A stretch of DNA of 64,000 nucleotides from assembly GCA_036172245.1 (NCBI GenBank), contig JAYWIR010000009.1, forward strand, positions 1,364,001 through 1,428,000. Direction: 5' to 3'. The notes beneath the pieces are model-generated. The model did no database searches and was not told where the DNA came from. It saw only the letters and a program-made list of their open reading frames with translations. Origin of the DNA: Raillietiella orientalis. Taxonomy: Eukaryota. A program made the translations under genes and the position numbers. Positions 26,201 to 38,290 of the stretch are shown one piece after another (the first letter of the stretch is position 1; each line of letters opens with the position of its first letter).

Positions 26201-27349
26201 TGGCAGGCCGGGGGCCAAGGCCGACGGAGAAACCCAAGCCGAGACCTCTCTTTTCTGAAGTCTCCGTTCCTGGACCACAGCCCGGAGATAACTCCAAAGC
26301 TGGAGTTCGAAGCAAGCGGTGAACCTGGAGTCGCAGAAGCCTCTCCAGCAAGATGAATGACTCTCGAAAAGGAGGAAGGGGAGGAGGGCGACCAAGAGCA
26401 TCGATTCCCAGTCCTCCATGAAGAGAAGGCTAGGGAGCTGTTGCAGGATGACCGGCGAAGATGCAGTCTCTCCTGACAAGAACGAAGGTGCGGATCAGCG
26501 CGACAGAGGTCACCACTTGACGGGAAACTTCGAAGGCGTGAAGATGAGGAAACCAAGCGAACGGAGCAGGGACATCCATCCCTTCGTCAGGTTCAAGCAG
26601 GATTCCCAAGCGACCTCCCCTGCCCCTTCCCCTATCCTGAAGAGATTCCCACGGGAGGGTCTCCTAGGATAGAGAGTCCCCCATCCTGAAGAAAAAGTCC
26701 CTCCTGTTCCCACCCCTCCTCCTCATGAGGAGGCAGCCACTCATAAGGATGCTGAATCCCGCACCCCTCTGGGGACTTGGAGACTTGGGTCGTCACCTGG
26801 GTCGCTTGCGTAATTTCCCGCAGCCGCCGCTTCGGCTGCGGAGATGATGGGACACGCTCCCTCCTATTTCGGCAAAGTCACAAGCGCGCTTTTCCTTCTT
26901 GCTCGGATCTGCAGTCTCCTGCTGCGTAGATGCCGTTCCGATCGCGGGGACAGACAGGAGATTGGGAGCCGCAGGAGAAGCGAGAAGGATTGGCGGGGCG
27001 CAGCGCTCACGAGAACGCGCCTGCTTTTCCGCCCTCGCAGCCGAAGCTGTGGCCGCGATCGCGAATCTCCTGAGGACCCCTCCCTCCGGCCGACCGAGAT
27101 TTCCCTTTCGCTTTGGTCGTCGCCGCGAGCTCTGACCTTCGATCCGCTTGTGGGGCCGCGCGCTGGCTTGTCTTCCCGTGACAGCGGGCGCCGGTGGCAC
27201 CCGCTGTCACGGGGACTGCATTTTGCGCCGCCGCACTACAGCGTGCATCTTGGAGGCCCCTGCGCGGAGGGAAGGAACCCCTGCAGCTTCCGAGACGCAT
27301 CCACAGGAAAGCTCACCAGAGGTCATGCTGGTCTCCATAGGGGTGGCAC

Positions 27350-28480
27350 CTGGTCTCAAGGAGAAAAAAACGACTTGTTTTCCATTCTAAAGTTCGGGAG
27401 CTCTTCCCGCATTCCTCGTAGAGGAGGAGGTACACTGGACGGCAGTGGGATTGTGGACCATTCATTTCCTCGCTCGTCCGGGTGCAAGAACCATTGTAAA
27501 CCAGCGGCCGAGATCCCCTTCCTTTCCCATCCCCTCCCTTCACAGACGCGGCCACTTTTCCGCCTTCCCTGGAAGAAATTTAGAGCGATGCCCAATGGCC
27601 GGTCCCTCTCTCCTCTGAAAGACTTGCCCCTTTGGATGTCCTGGATCCGAGGAACGGTTCCGCTCTCCGACAAGAAGCCTCAAACTTTCTCCTTCCGAGA
27701 TCAAGCGATTCCCTTAACCTGGGGTGGCTTCGCAGCCCCGCTCAGGTTCTTCCGTGAGACCTGAATCCGTCTCTAAAAGTTTCCCACCTCTCCCCTTCAT
27801 TTTGTTCCCTGGTGACCTCAGTCCTTCCGTAAAGGCTCTGTAGAGTGAGGCAAGCAACGGACGAAGACCAGGGTTCACCGGTGAGAGGTGGACTATGGTG
27901 CCAAGAAATCTTGAGCTACGGCCTGCGGACAGTCGAAAACTCCCTCTGCCTTCCCAAACCCCCGCTTTTTCCTTGCCTTTTTCCCCTCGTAGAAAAAAGG
28001 GAACTTTCAGAATCGAAAATTGGTGTGGAGGACGGGTCTGCAGTCAGCTGGCCTCCGTGTCTGGGTGAATCATGGTCTTTTTGAGATCGGAAGGTTGTGG
28101 ATTCTTCCGTTTGGAGTTCAGCCGGGGAAAAAAGAGCTACTGAATGGACTAGGAAACCCCATGCGTAGCCATGGATCATTGCCGGTGGGATGTCTCAGGT
28201 TACAGGGAAAGCTGCCGCCTGCTAGGGGATCGACTTACCGAGAAAGGGCACAGGAGCCCCACGCTTCCGGAAGCAGCAGCAGGCGGAAGCAGCATCCGGA
28301 AGAAACCAGGGGAGGAAATTAGCCGGTTCTCCCTGGCGGCCGAACCGGCTGGCTTTTTCTTGGAATTTTCTCTTGGAGAGACTTTGGGATATTCCCAGGA
28401 AGGAGGGATGAAATCATCACTTGGCCTCGACAGATTACAGTAAGAGATCGTCTCTCTTGGTCCATCCATCTCAAGAGAGA
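27350..28480 (-). mobile_element. L1/Tx1-like endonuclease/linker fossil
   Basis: CNLSRP (NIYAP like), QRGKSFRGERD...LNFFQ, RGMREELPNFR (KGD...L.NWRP like). Confidence 0.45.
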
Positions 28481-28489
28481 TGTACGGAG

Positions 28490-30150
28490 ACTTCGCGCTT
28501 CTTTCTAAAGAGTGGTTCATTTACCGACCATCGTTTGACCTTGACGCAGCTCGATTCTTACTTGATCTCAGCAAAGGCTATGCTCGTTCAAGCAGGTTCT
28601 CATGCTGACCAGCGTCTCTATTGCCGGCTCCAAGAGCGCATCCTAGGCGAGCTCAGGACCGTTCCTCATCCCATCGGAATGAGGCTGCTTCTTTCTTTCT
28701 CCTCACAGGAGAAGAGGAAAGCGGTAGGAGGAAGAATTGCCTCATCCTACAATCTCAGGTGATCCTCAAGTTTGTTGCCACGACCCTATCGAAGGTGCGA
28801 TCTCCCGCCGACAGAACCCGCACTATTCATTTCGCAAATCGCGCCATGTGTTAGGTCAATCCCGGAGACCTGAGGGACGTTCTCCAGCCGCCCGCTTTCT
28901 CCTTCGCCCCTCCCCTTTGTAACTCTCCGGAGTTGCTTGCAACGATACGTTGCACCACGATACCCACACTTCCGGATCCTCCTGAGTCCATTCCACTTCC
29001 TTTGGTCCTTTTCCTGCCTCCGTAACGTGGAAGTGGGGATCACTGCATACATGATGCAGTGATCAAAAAAGCGAAGGAGGTGTTCCTCTCAGCCAAAGGG
29101 AGAGTAGGCACTCACACTTTCACTGAGGACCTCAATAGAATGATCTCTGTAGCTCAGTGGACCCAGATAACATCCATTTGTCAACGTGGTACTAGTGATG
29201 AATCCTCTCATTCATTCAGCATGAGTGTGTGCCGGTCAAAAGGGAGAGTCAGTGGACCGACTGCGGTCTGCTTATCTAACCAGCCACTGCAGCTGAAGAT
29301 GCTTTCTCCTTTTGCTCCTAACGGTCGTGGCCACACCTGACCGCGAAGGCCTTCTGTCCCTGCCGCAACCGTCCGTTCAGTGCAAGGACGAAATGTCACC
29401 AGAGGACTCGAACATCCCGTTCCTTCTTGCCCTGATAGCAAGCAGCGGATGCATCCAGACGCATTCGTGTTCCGGGGTCTGCAACCGGCCTCAAAGCAGC
29501 GGGAAGCACCGCATCCCCGCTGATCGTCCACGTCTCAGGAGAGGTGACGGAACGGCCGCGTGGTAGATCTCGCTTCCCTCTCCCCTGCGAGACATTTGCT
29601 TATCTCCTCCTTTCAACTTTCTTCCGAGAGGACTCCCTGCCGCCTGAGGGGGAAGCAGCTTTCCGTTTGTCTGGCAAGAAATTGGATGCCGGCCATCCTT
29701 CCACATCGGTCCATGAGTCCTTTCCTGAAAGACAGGAACCTGCTACTTCGACTCAGGTTTTCTTACGTGTAGGGGGATACACAACTCTGACGCATGTTCA
29801 GATCCTGTCTGCTGGAGCTTCTCTGGAGCACCGCCCACTACCGCTTGGGGGCTCCTCATCGGAGTTCCTCGTTCATCCGAAAAAACCCTTCCGATCCGGA
29901 CCAGATAGAAGTTCTGGCACAGCACGCCTCCACAGAACACCCTTTTTCCTGCGGAATGAGAGGCAGTGGTGACTTTCGAAATGTTTTGGACACCACCAAG
30001 ATGGCGCGCGAGCGCGGTCTTCCCAAACGAGTTCCTTTCTTTGAATGATCGAACCCGTTTCTGGCAACAAGTAGAACCACTCCTCCTCTTTGTCTCCAGA
30101 GACACTTCTTGCACACCTTTTTCGTGCACCTCCTTTTTGCATACGCGGCT
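28490..30150 (-). mobile_element. BEL/Pao pol fossil (RT and RNase H-like region), interrupted by a 122-bp insert
   Basis: WFYLLP (YLPHH like), KDGRHPISCQTN, NGLRRIRKCGYRGATYR (HGF.DAS..AYGA like), frameshifted ENPA, RWSVNEPLF; motifs lie on both sides of 29109-29230. Confidence 0.55.
29109..29230 (+). repeat. 122-bp repeat, copy 1, flanked by an 11-bp direct repeat
   Basis: 6 mismatches to the inverted copy at 30779-30900; aaagggagagt at 29095-29105 and 29239-29249; contains A-box-like TAGCTCAGTGG. Confidence 0.95.
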
Positions 30151-30778
30151 GACCGCTCAGCCATACCGAAAAAATAATGAAGCATCCGTCTCTCCTGAAT
30201 TCTTGGAAATGTGTCGTAGCAGCAGTGTGGTAGATGGCCAGAACGCTTGGTTCTTTCGGCGGAGGAAAGAAAGTGAGAGGTCAGTCAAGGACGAAGAGGG
30301 AAAGCACTTTGATCGGAAGAGGGAATCAAGTTTGGGCTCTTAAGATCGATGAAGTGAGATCGCAGCCACCTTCGTCTACGCAAGTCGCAACAGACTAAGC
30401 ATGCCAGAGGTCTCGAGTTCTAGCCGCAGGCAGTTGCCACTACCACGGCGGCTAAACTGGAATTCGGTGGCTGCTCGAAGCGCACATCAAGCATTCGGGA
30501 GCGAACGCTGCGTACGAACAATGGCTCACATAAAGATGCATTTTCTGGAGCTGAAAACCCAATGATGGTCGGGTGGAGATATTGAATCGATTATGGATTT
30601 TCAACGGACTGAACGATACAAGCCGTTATGCAAAAGAGGATCACTTCCTGCCTACTGCTTTCGAATACAGGAATATAGTGCTCCAATCGGATTACCCCTC
30701 GATTAATTGCTGGTTTTTTTTTTTTTTTTGATCAATAATTTCCATTGAGATTTCTTCCGTTTCCTTAGGTGAGTCTCT

Positions 30779-30900
30779 ACACACTCGTGCTGAATGAATG
30801 AGAGCACTCATTACTAGTACCACGTTGACAAATGGAAGTTGTCTGGGTCCACTGAGCTACAGAGATCATTCTATTGAGGTCCTCAGTGAAAGTGTGAGTG
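30779..30900 (-). repeat. 122-bp repeat, copy 2 (inverted)
   Basis: Reverse complement aligns without gaps to 29109-29230. Confidence 0.95.
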
Positions 30901-32323
30901 AAGCAAAGGATTTCGGGAATGTTCCTGCATCGATATGCATTCCTTTCTAAATCGCGATTGGTTTTCAACCAATCGGCAGTTGATTGTGATGGAACGGAAA
31001 CATTTGCTCTTGGGATCCTTCTGCAGCGTCAGGCATTCTTCTGCTTCGTTGGACCAGTTTCAGCTCCACAAGATGATTCCATCGATCAGTTGCCATGATC
31101 GCATGTCATCCGCTAAAGCGTACGCATCTCTTTTTTTTTTTTTTGCCTTTTTGAGGAGAAAAGACAGCAAGTGCTTCTTCTTTACCAACCAGCTTTACGT
31201 AAGAAAGCATCTGGCATCGGCTTTTTCTAAAAACAGGACGAGGAACTGTAAGCGATTCGCCATCGAAAAAGGACGAATGTGGACCAGTTGCTACTGAACA
31301 AAATAATCACCACGGTCTTCGACCGACCTTTCCTCAGCAATCTTGAGATGCTTAGCACCCTGAGGACACCATCCGCTTATCGAGTGCTCACATCCGAAGG
31401 ACAACGGTGTTTTTGTTTCCCTTTTATAGTACCGTTGTCTTCCCTTTCTTGGGATCCTTCTTCCCTCTCCACCGAAATGTGGAAGACTTGACTACGTAAA
31501 GTTTTCTGGTTTATATTGATCCGGTTGCGCTCCATACCTAATAGCTTTTGTTTGAGAACACACTCTGATGTTCCTTCAACTCACAGCCTGAAATGCGTTG
31601 AAGTCATGGAAAGGCAGCTGCAGGCTGTCGATGGAAGCGTGGTTTGGGTTCTGGAATGCAGTGATCACTGAGATCATTCCCTCCGGAAGACCGAGCTTCG
31701 TTTCAGCTTCTGCTCTTCATCTCTCCTGCTCTTTCGAAAATGATTCAGTCGTGTTTGTCCGTTGCATCTGCTCTCGGAATTCCTGAAGGACTTTGTAATT
31801 TAGCACGGGACACTCATTGCATTTTACCTCATGGGAGGCAAACTCGCCCAGAAGGCTCTTTCTATTGTAAGGTCATGAAACCACGTGTCTGCCCCATACA
31901 TTTGCAGGCAGAGCGCCTTGATTTTTATTGAAAATCTGCGTAATGTTTTTCTTTATGGCGTTTGTTAATTTGTTCTCATACTCTCTGAAAGCTCCATGAA
32001 TATATAAATGGATATCCCAGAAACACTGTTTCATTGGGTGAACATTAATAGCGAATTTCCCTCCCTGAAAGGACGCCTCCCCCTTTTTCGAGTTATTCAA
32101 ACACCGCCCGCCAGTCGTTAAACTTAGTTTTGGGTTGGCATCATCCTTTCTGCCTCCATCCCGAGCAACATGTAGAGAAACTAGATAATTACTGTGTGCA
32201 CTACATTTTGGAGTGAACGCCACTCCGTTCCTTGTCAGTGGAAGTATGCGTTTCCGGGCTGCCCAAGCCCCTTCGAAAAGGCAAGTGCTTCCTACCATGT
32301 GAAAATTAGGCAAGGAGCAAGCT

Positions 32324-32360
<37 letters not shown>

Positions 32361-32879
32361 GATTCCTTCAATTATTTTGCTGCTAATTTCGTAGTTTCCA
32401 TTCTGATCTTCGCATCGAAAGAGAAATGAGTTCCTCTCGCACTTTGTGCTCATTCGGACAAAACCGATGCCCTCGATGTGGCGTGGTCATGCGATTCGAT
32501 AGGCGGCGAGTACGCACAATTGAAAAGCGCCTGCTTAATTGTAGCTGCATTTCATGCCGCAATCATCAAGCAGCGCCCAACGGTCAGCGTGAAATTTATG
32601 TGCAGATGCTCTGCTTACAAAGTCCCTATTCTCGGAAAGCAGCCTCGGACAAACTTCCCTGACTTGGGGAACCACCTACTTGTCTGGCATGGAACCGAAT
32701 CACCGGAGCTCTTTCGGAGTTCTTGTTGACTGCTGTCTAGCTGCAGTCGCGCCCACTCTTCCTCCTGATCCTGAACTCGGACTGGCACGAGGAGGAGTCT
32801 TTGCAGCAATAACGGGATGCAGAGCTTCGAAATGATCTTTCTCTCCCACTTACCGCGGACTGTTCGCAGAGCTGCTTGC

Positions 32880-33010
32880 CTCGGAGAGATTTCGTGGACT
32901 GCAAAATCCCGTTCCTCTCCAGAAGAAGATGAAATGGAGAGGACCACCTCCCTTCTGGGGTGCTCCCTCCGGAGAGAATGAGGAAGGAGATTCCCTTTGG
33001 AGACAATCAG
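32880..33010 (+). mobile_element. Internal fragment of the long SINE-like family
   Basis: Matches the reverse complement of 6920-7030 (gaaatggagag..accacc..ctccggagagaatgag). Confidence 0.65.
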
Positions 33011-33600
33011 GATGCGCTGGGCTGAGCTGTGTCTACCGCGAAACGCAGATCCGCAGCAGCAAAGCCGCCGTACTGATGTCTCGTTGTACCAGAATTCGAG
33101 TCCATCCCGCAACTCCAGGACCATGATGTCCCGTTCACTTTTTTGTGCGTGATCTCCAGATGAATACGCCAATTCCCTGTGGCGGTCTCCTTGCGGTCGA
33201 CCGAGCGTTCTCAACGTGTCTGTCTCAATTCTTCCATACCAACTCTTCAAGTGATCGCAGACAGCGTTTCTTGCGATTTTCTTCTTCCTGCTTGCGAAAA
33301 CATCTTCCCAGGCGTTCTTTCCTTGTAAACGCGTTTTCCACCGCTTCCACGTAAGTAGGATCTGAACGGTGATCTCGGAGCAATCTTCCTACGCCTGATC
33401 TCAAAGGCGGGACTTTTCAGTGGTGGTGGATCTTTGCTTTTCAATACTGCCAAAGTAGTGGAAAGAAAAGATCGCTGTTGCATCTTCAGCTGCACTCTTC
33501 GTGATCTTCATCGAGACGCATGGTTCACAAAAACATTCAGGACATTTCTGTGGTGGAACCGGTCTCTGGACCATTTTTGATCGATCGAAGGGAATTCTCA
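33010..33600 (-). mobile_element. Non-LTR RT fossil (possibly RTE-like)
   Basis: PFDRSKM, GRPQGD, LAYSSGD, GLEFWYNET in RT order. Confidence 0.35.
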
Positions 33601-34172
33601 ACCAGAAAAGAAGCGAGGAAATTTCAGGTCTCTTTGATCTTCCTCCATTACAAAGAAGTTAGCAGACACTGGTTAAGGGCAAAGGGCCACGAATGCGAGG
33701 GAAGAGGAAAGGAGCTAGCGAGAGAACGGAAGCTGTGAGCGTGGAGAGGTGCCAAGAGAATGCCTCCCTAAACAAAGACACAAGAGCGTTTCGAGCGGAA
33801 CTTTTCGTGGCGCCGTAGCACGGAAAGCCGAACCTTCCGATCAGTATTCGCGTCCGGGATTCCGCATTCCCGGGGACATCTGGTGGTGTGCATCGGTCTC
33901 TCCGGGCTGCTCACGCCCCCTGCAAACACCATCGCGGCTTACGAAGCAACCGAGCTGTCAGAGAAGCAGATTCCGGTAGCGCTGGTTTTCTGGATTCCTT
34001 GGGAAGCACTTCTCGCTCTCTCCCTTAGGCGATCCTCCGTAGTTACGAAACACCGAGCACAGGGAGGCAGCTGACTTCACGGAGGCGCCTTCGTCGTCGT
34101 TCTCAAAGACACGAGCAAGAGCGGCTCACGCGCTGCTCCGAGAGGACGAGGGCCACATGACCTACCAAAGTT

Positions 34173-34225
34173 CGCATTTGGTAGACACCCAAAGGTATCT
34201 CTAGTTTGGGTATCTACCAACTGCG
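34173..34225. repeat. Hairpin with 21-bp arms (2 mismatches) and 11-nt loop
   Basis: cgcatttggtagacacccaaa-ggtatctctag-tttgggtatctaccaactgcg. Confidence 0.9.
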
Positions 34226-34419
34226 CAAGGAGCCCTCTAGGTTTTCACGGGTCTCCGAGATTGAGGATCGCACATAAAAGCGGACGTAAAGATTAAATGA
34301 AGAATGAGATGTGAAGCTGGAGGGTCGCAGAGGGTTTCGAGATTTATGCGCGCGTAGCGAGCCGGAACTGAGGAAAGGAAATCCATGATCCGAAAGAAAG
34401 AAAGCAACAGTTGCAGAAG

Positions 34420-35750
34420 CTACGAACAGATCAGGCTGGTCCGCGCTGAAATATTTCCGTGTCGTAAAACGCTGGGCTCCCTTATGCTCTCCCGTTATCG
34501 GGGGTGGACAGATCCTCCACTGGGCAGCAGCGGTAAATTATGGACGGAGATAGCTGGTAGGCTCCTGATGAAAGTTTATCAGATCTCTCTTGCTGGTCAC
34601 CCCGGATTTCCCTTCGAGGATCAATGAGTCCAAACAGGAATGCCCGTTATCAGACCTTCCCGGCTGCCAGCGGGCTGATCTCCACGGGAAAATCTATCTG
34701 CGGGATCTGGGACTCGGGAGGCAGGAGGCTTTCCCCCTCCCACTGCTGAAGGTCGGCTCACCTGGTCGGTCGTCAGGGGCACTCCGGCACTTCCCTGGTC
34801 CGCCTCCGGGAATGCGGAGCTCGCGCTGCTTTCGCCCCGTTCAAGTTGGCGCTGTGAGTTGCGCAGACTCTACTAGAAACGAAGCCCGCGCCCCTGTTCC
34901 CAGTTGACGACCCCGGTAGGTGCCACCGATAGCTTTGGGCTGCTGGAAAATATCTGCGCTGGATGATGCGGCAGAGAATCTCACGGCATCCGGGATACTC
35001 GAGCGCAAGATTCCTGGAACCACCTTGTCCAGATTCCCGTGTTCCGGATTCCCGGAATCACCTGGTGGTGCATATTGGACTTCCCGGGCTGTCGCTCGTT
35101 GGTGGGGAAGGAAGAAGGAGCGTTCCCGGGCTGCCGCGTCTCCTGCAAACACCATTCGCGGTTTCCAAAGCAACGCAGAAACGGCTTTAGGTTTCCATGT
35201 CGACGCGCGCTGCATGTGACACAGGGCATGCGATCCGGTGCCTGTGAGAATTCCTTGAGTGGAAAATCGCCACAGGAGGAGGGGAGGGGGGGAGGATACA
35301 GAGCGAGATTCTCGAAGGGCTTCGAGCAAGCTGTCGCAGTTCTTCGGAAGGCTGGGTCGGCTGTGCTGCCTTCGTGGGGAGGTCTCACCTGGAAAGAAGG
35401 GGCTTGTGTGGGGGATATACAGTGCCTCTTCAGAGTCGCACTTCGCAATCAGATCGATAATTGCAGCTGCCCTCCAGAGAGCGGCAGGAAACACGTATGG
35501 GGAGCTCCCTATTGTTCTGTAGCCCATCTCTACTGGGGCTTGGCGTCCGTCCGTTCAACACAGAAAAGCTGTCCAAAAAGTCCGTCCGGACAGCATGAGG
35601 ACCCTGCGGCCGAAAGAAGCATCGATAATGTGTGTTCCTATAACCTCCAGACGTGTCTGATCCTGGAGTCGCGGTGCAGTTAACGGAACTCGCGCAGAAG
35701 GAAAAAGGTCCTTGACGCAGGAGCAAGTGATTCTTGGTTGGTTCTGGGAA
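34420..35750 (+). mobile_element. L1/Tx1-like RT to C-terminus fossil
   Basis: SKQECPLS (RQGCPLS like) at ~34630, KIPGT, WWGRK...ANT, SLSGK..GGG, Cys-containing tail. Confidence 0.6.
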
Positions 35751-37099
35751 CTCCAGGAAGGTGAGACGGAGGAGGACAAGCTGTAGCAGCTCAGGAATGG
35801 GGCAAGAGAAAAGATGAGCCGAAGACCGGAAACGAAAACCTTCCTTGGAGCGGAAGGGAACGCACTGGCAAGCGATTGGGCATCGCACTCTGGGGGAATC
35901 TGGGTTCACATCTCTAGCGCCTTCCCACCGGCAGGTTTGGTGCTGTAATCGTCCTTAGCGGTGAGGAGAGAACCTCTTTCTACCTTCCCTTCCGTGTTCC
36001 TGGCGTGGGAGACTCAGCAGCGAGAAAGGAAGACCTGTCGCTGGTACCCATGACAACCGAGAGGCGGAACCTTCAGCAGCAGCATCTGAGCCCGGAGCGC
36101 CTTTCGAGCTGCTCCCTCGACAACGAAGCGTTTCCACGGAAGGCATACCGCGGAACTGCTTTTCCCCGTTGCCGAGATTCGGGAAGGGATGGAAGAGGCC
36201 TCGGACTGGAAGCTCAGATAGACTCGGGGCATGCGCGCATGAGTCCTTTCTCCTTCTCCTCCTCCTTTTCCTGTACGAGTTCCATCTCCAGCGAAAAAAA
36301 TCCAAGTTTTTCTCTCTCCCTCTCTCTTTTTTTTTTTTTTTTTCTTCACCTCAATCTCCTTTCACTCCAGGAGAACCTTCCTGGCTCTTGAAACCTTCCT
36401 GAGAGGCCACACGCCATCACATGCTCGCGAAAGATACCTTCCGTCCGTCGCCTCCTCTCCCGTCTACTGATCTGTCAGCCATCTGCGTGTCCTGACTCCC
36501 GGGACCGAGGTTTCGAAATCAAAAAACCACAGAAAAAAAAAAAAAAAAAAAAAAAGAGGAGGAGGAAGAAAGGAAGGAAAGGAAAACAAAGCAACCCCTC
36601 GACAGCGGTCTCGTTTCTCTGCCTCCCGCCACCTAGCAGCCGACCCGAGGCATCACCATGCAAGCTGGAGCGAGGTTTGCCGCGAGGTGGGTTCCGATTT
36701 GCGGAGGAAACGTCAGCGGTGAAATGATGGAACGAAACGGCGGCCAGGCTGGGGTCGGCGCTCGTGTTCGTGGCACGGGCCCAGCGCCGGGAACCCGCGC
36801 GCGTAGCCGTCGCGCGCTCGCTCCAGAAAAGTCAGCCTGGTCCATCCGTCACAGTCACACCGCGTCTGCCCCTACTCGTGTCTGCTTCCTTCCCTCCTCC
36901 CTCCCTTCTTCCCCGCTCTCTCCCTCCCTCCCTCTCTCTCTCTTTTTAATGGGATGCGTACGCAGGCGTGCTCCCATGGTTACGAGCGTGAAAGATCTGA
37001 TAAGCTAATGAAAAGCCTCCACGATTGGGTGGCTGTTTTCCGGGTCCAGGAGGCTGATCTGCGTTTTATATGATGGAGGGATACTTTACGAGTGCCGAA

Positions 37100-38290
37100 G
37101 GTGCTCCCGGTTGTAATTGGACTTTTCATAGCAGCGGACGTCCACCTGGCATCCTCCGTTCCACAGTTGGAGCCGGTTCCGCCGCTGCTTCGCGAAGCCG
37201 CGGCTCCACGTATTCGGGGAGGAGGGAAGGCTCAACGGAGCAGGAATCTCATCCTGGACCTCGGCAGGGGGTGTCGAGGTTCCGTCCGTTTTCCTCCGTG
37301 GACATCTCCGGTTGTGCCACCCTGCCTCCTGCCTCTTTCCCCTCTTCAAGCTCCAGAGGTAAGCAAGCAGGAAAGGAGCCGCATAACTCTCCAGCAACAG
37401 CCACCAGCTGGTGAGGCAAAAAACGCGAACCCTCCCTCCCCCTCTCCCCATCAGCCGGATGACTTGGGCGCGAAAATGCCCATCGTCCCTCGGCGACAAG
37501 GGGCTGGGATGCCATTTTTCCAGAATCCATCGTTGCTCCTGGTAATAGAGCGACAGCCCCCCCACGGGTCAGGGTTGCGTCGACCTCGTCACGAGGTCGA
37601 CCCCGGGGCCTTCCCGATCGACCGGAATCGCGAGATCAACGATGGGGAAGGGGGACTGACTAAGCCCTACAGCAAAGAAAACAAAAAGTGATCGGGGAGG
37701 CTTGGCTGGAACGTGCCCTCACCATGTAGAGCGCCTTCAGCGAAAGGCTGCTTGGGGAATCAGCCTTGGGAAGCCATCAGGGGAATCTACAGGATCGAAA
37801 CGTTTCGAAAAGGATGCTCCCTTCGTCTCTCCCAGCGGACTCTTGTGCCTTAAACCAAACAGCCGGGAAAGCATCCATGCAATTCCCGGGAAGCTTGAGG
37901 ACGCGGTGTCCGTACCTTGGGGCCACAGAGGCAGAGCTCCCATCTCAGCTTCCCTCGCGGAAGAGAAAAAAAGGTCGGAATCGGAAAAAAAGGTGCGTCA
38001 GGGTCACCTCCTCTCTGAAACGGCGTGACTGGCTCGCTTCCGATCCATCCGAACCGTCCATTTGATGAGCGCAGATGAAGACGAGCGTGCCTAAGCAACC
38101 GGTCATCTTCGAGGGCAGACGGGAGGGGAGAGCAGCATGGCCGCAAAGGTGCAAAGGTGGAAGAGTGGAGGTGAAGGAGGCGCCTCCAGCAGCTCTCCTG
38201 AATGTCGAAGGCCTTACAGACAAGCGGCGGCAAGGTCACGTGGGAAACAGGGAAGGGTTCCCCCCTACGAAAACTTGGCCGTTCGTTCGG
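37100..38290 (-). mobile_element. L1-like RT/C-terminal fossil
   Basis: S*GEPFP, LEDDRLL, CPRRKTDGTST remnants; weak. Confidence 0.35.

Noticed and set aside
29109..30900. A single 1.8-kb MITE with 122-bp TIRs
   Set aside because: No TSD around the pair; BEL motifs continue across the left copy, which has its own 11-bp duplication.
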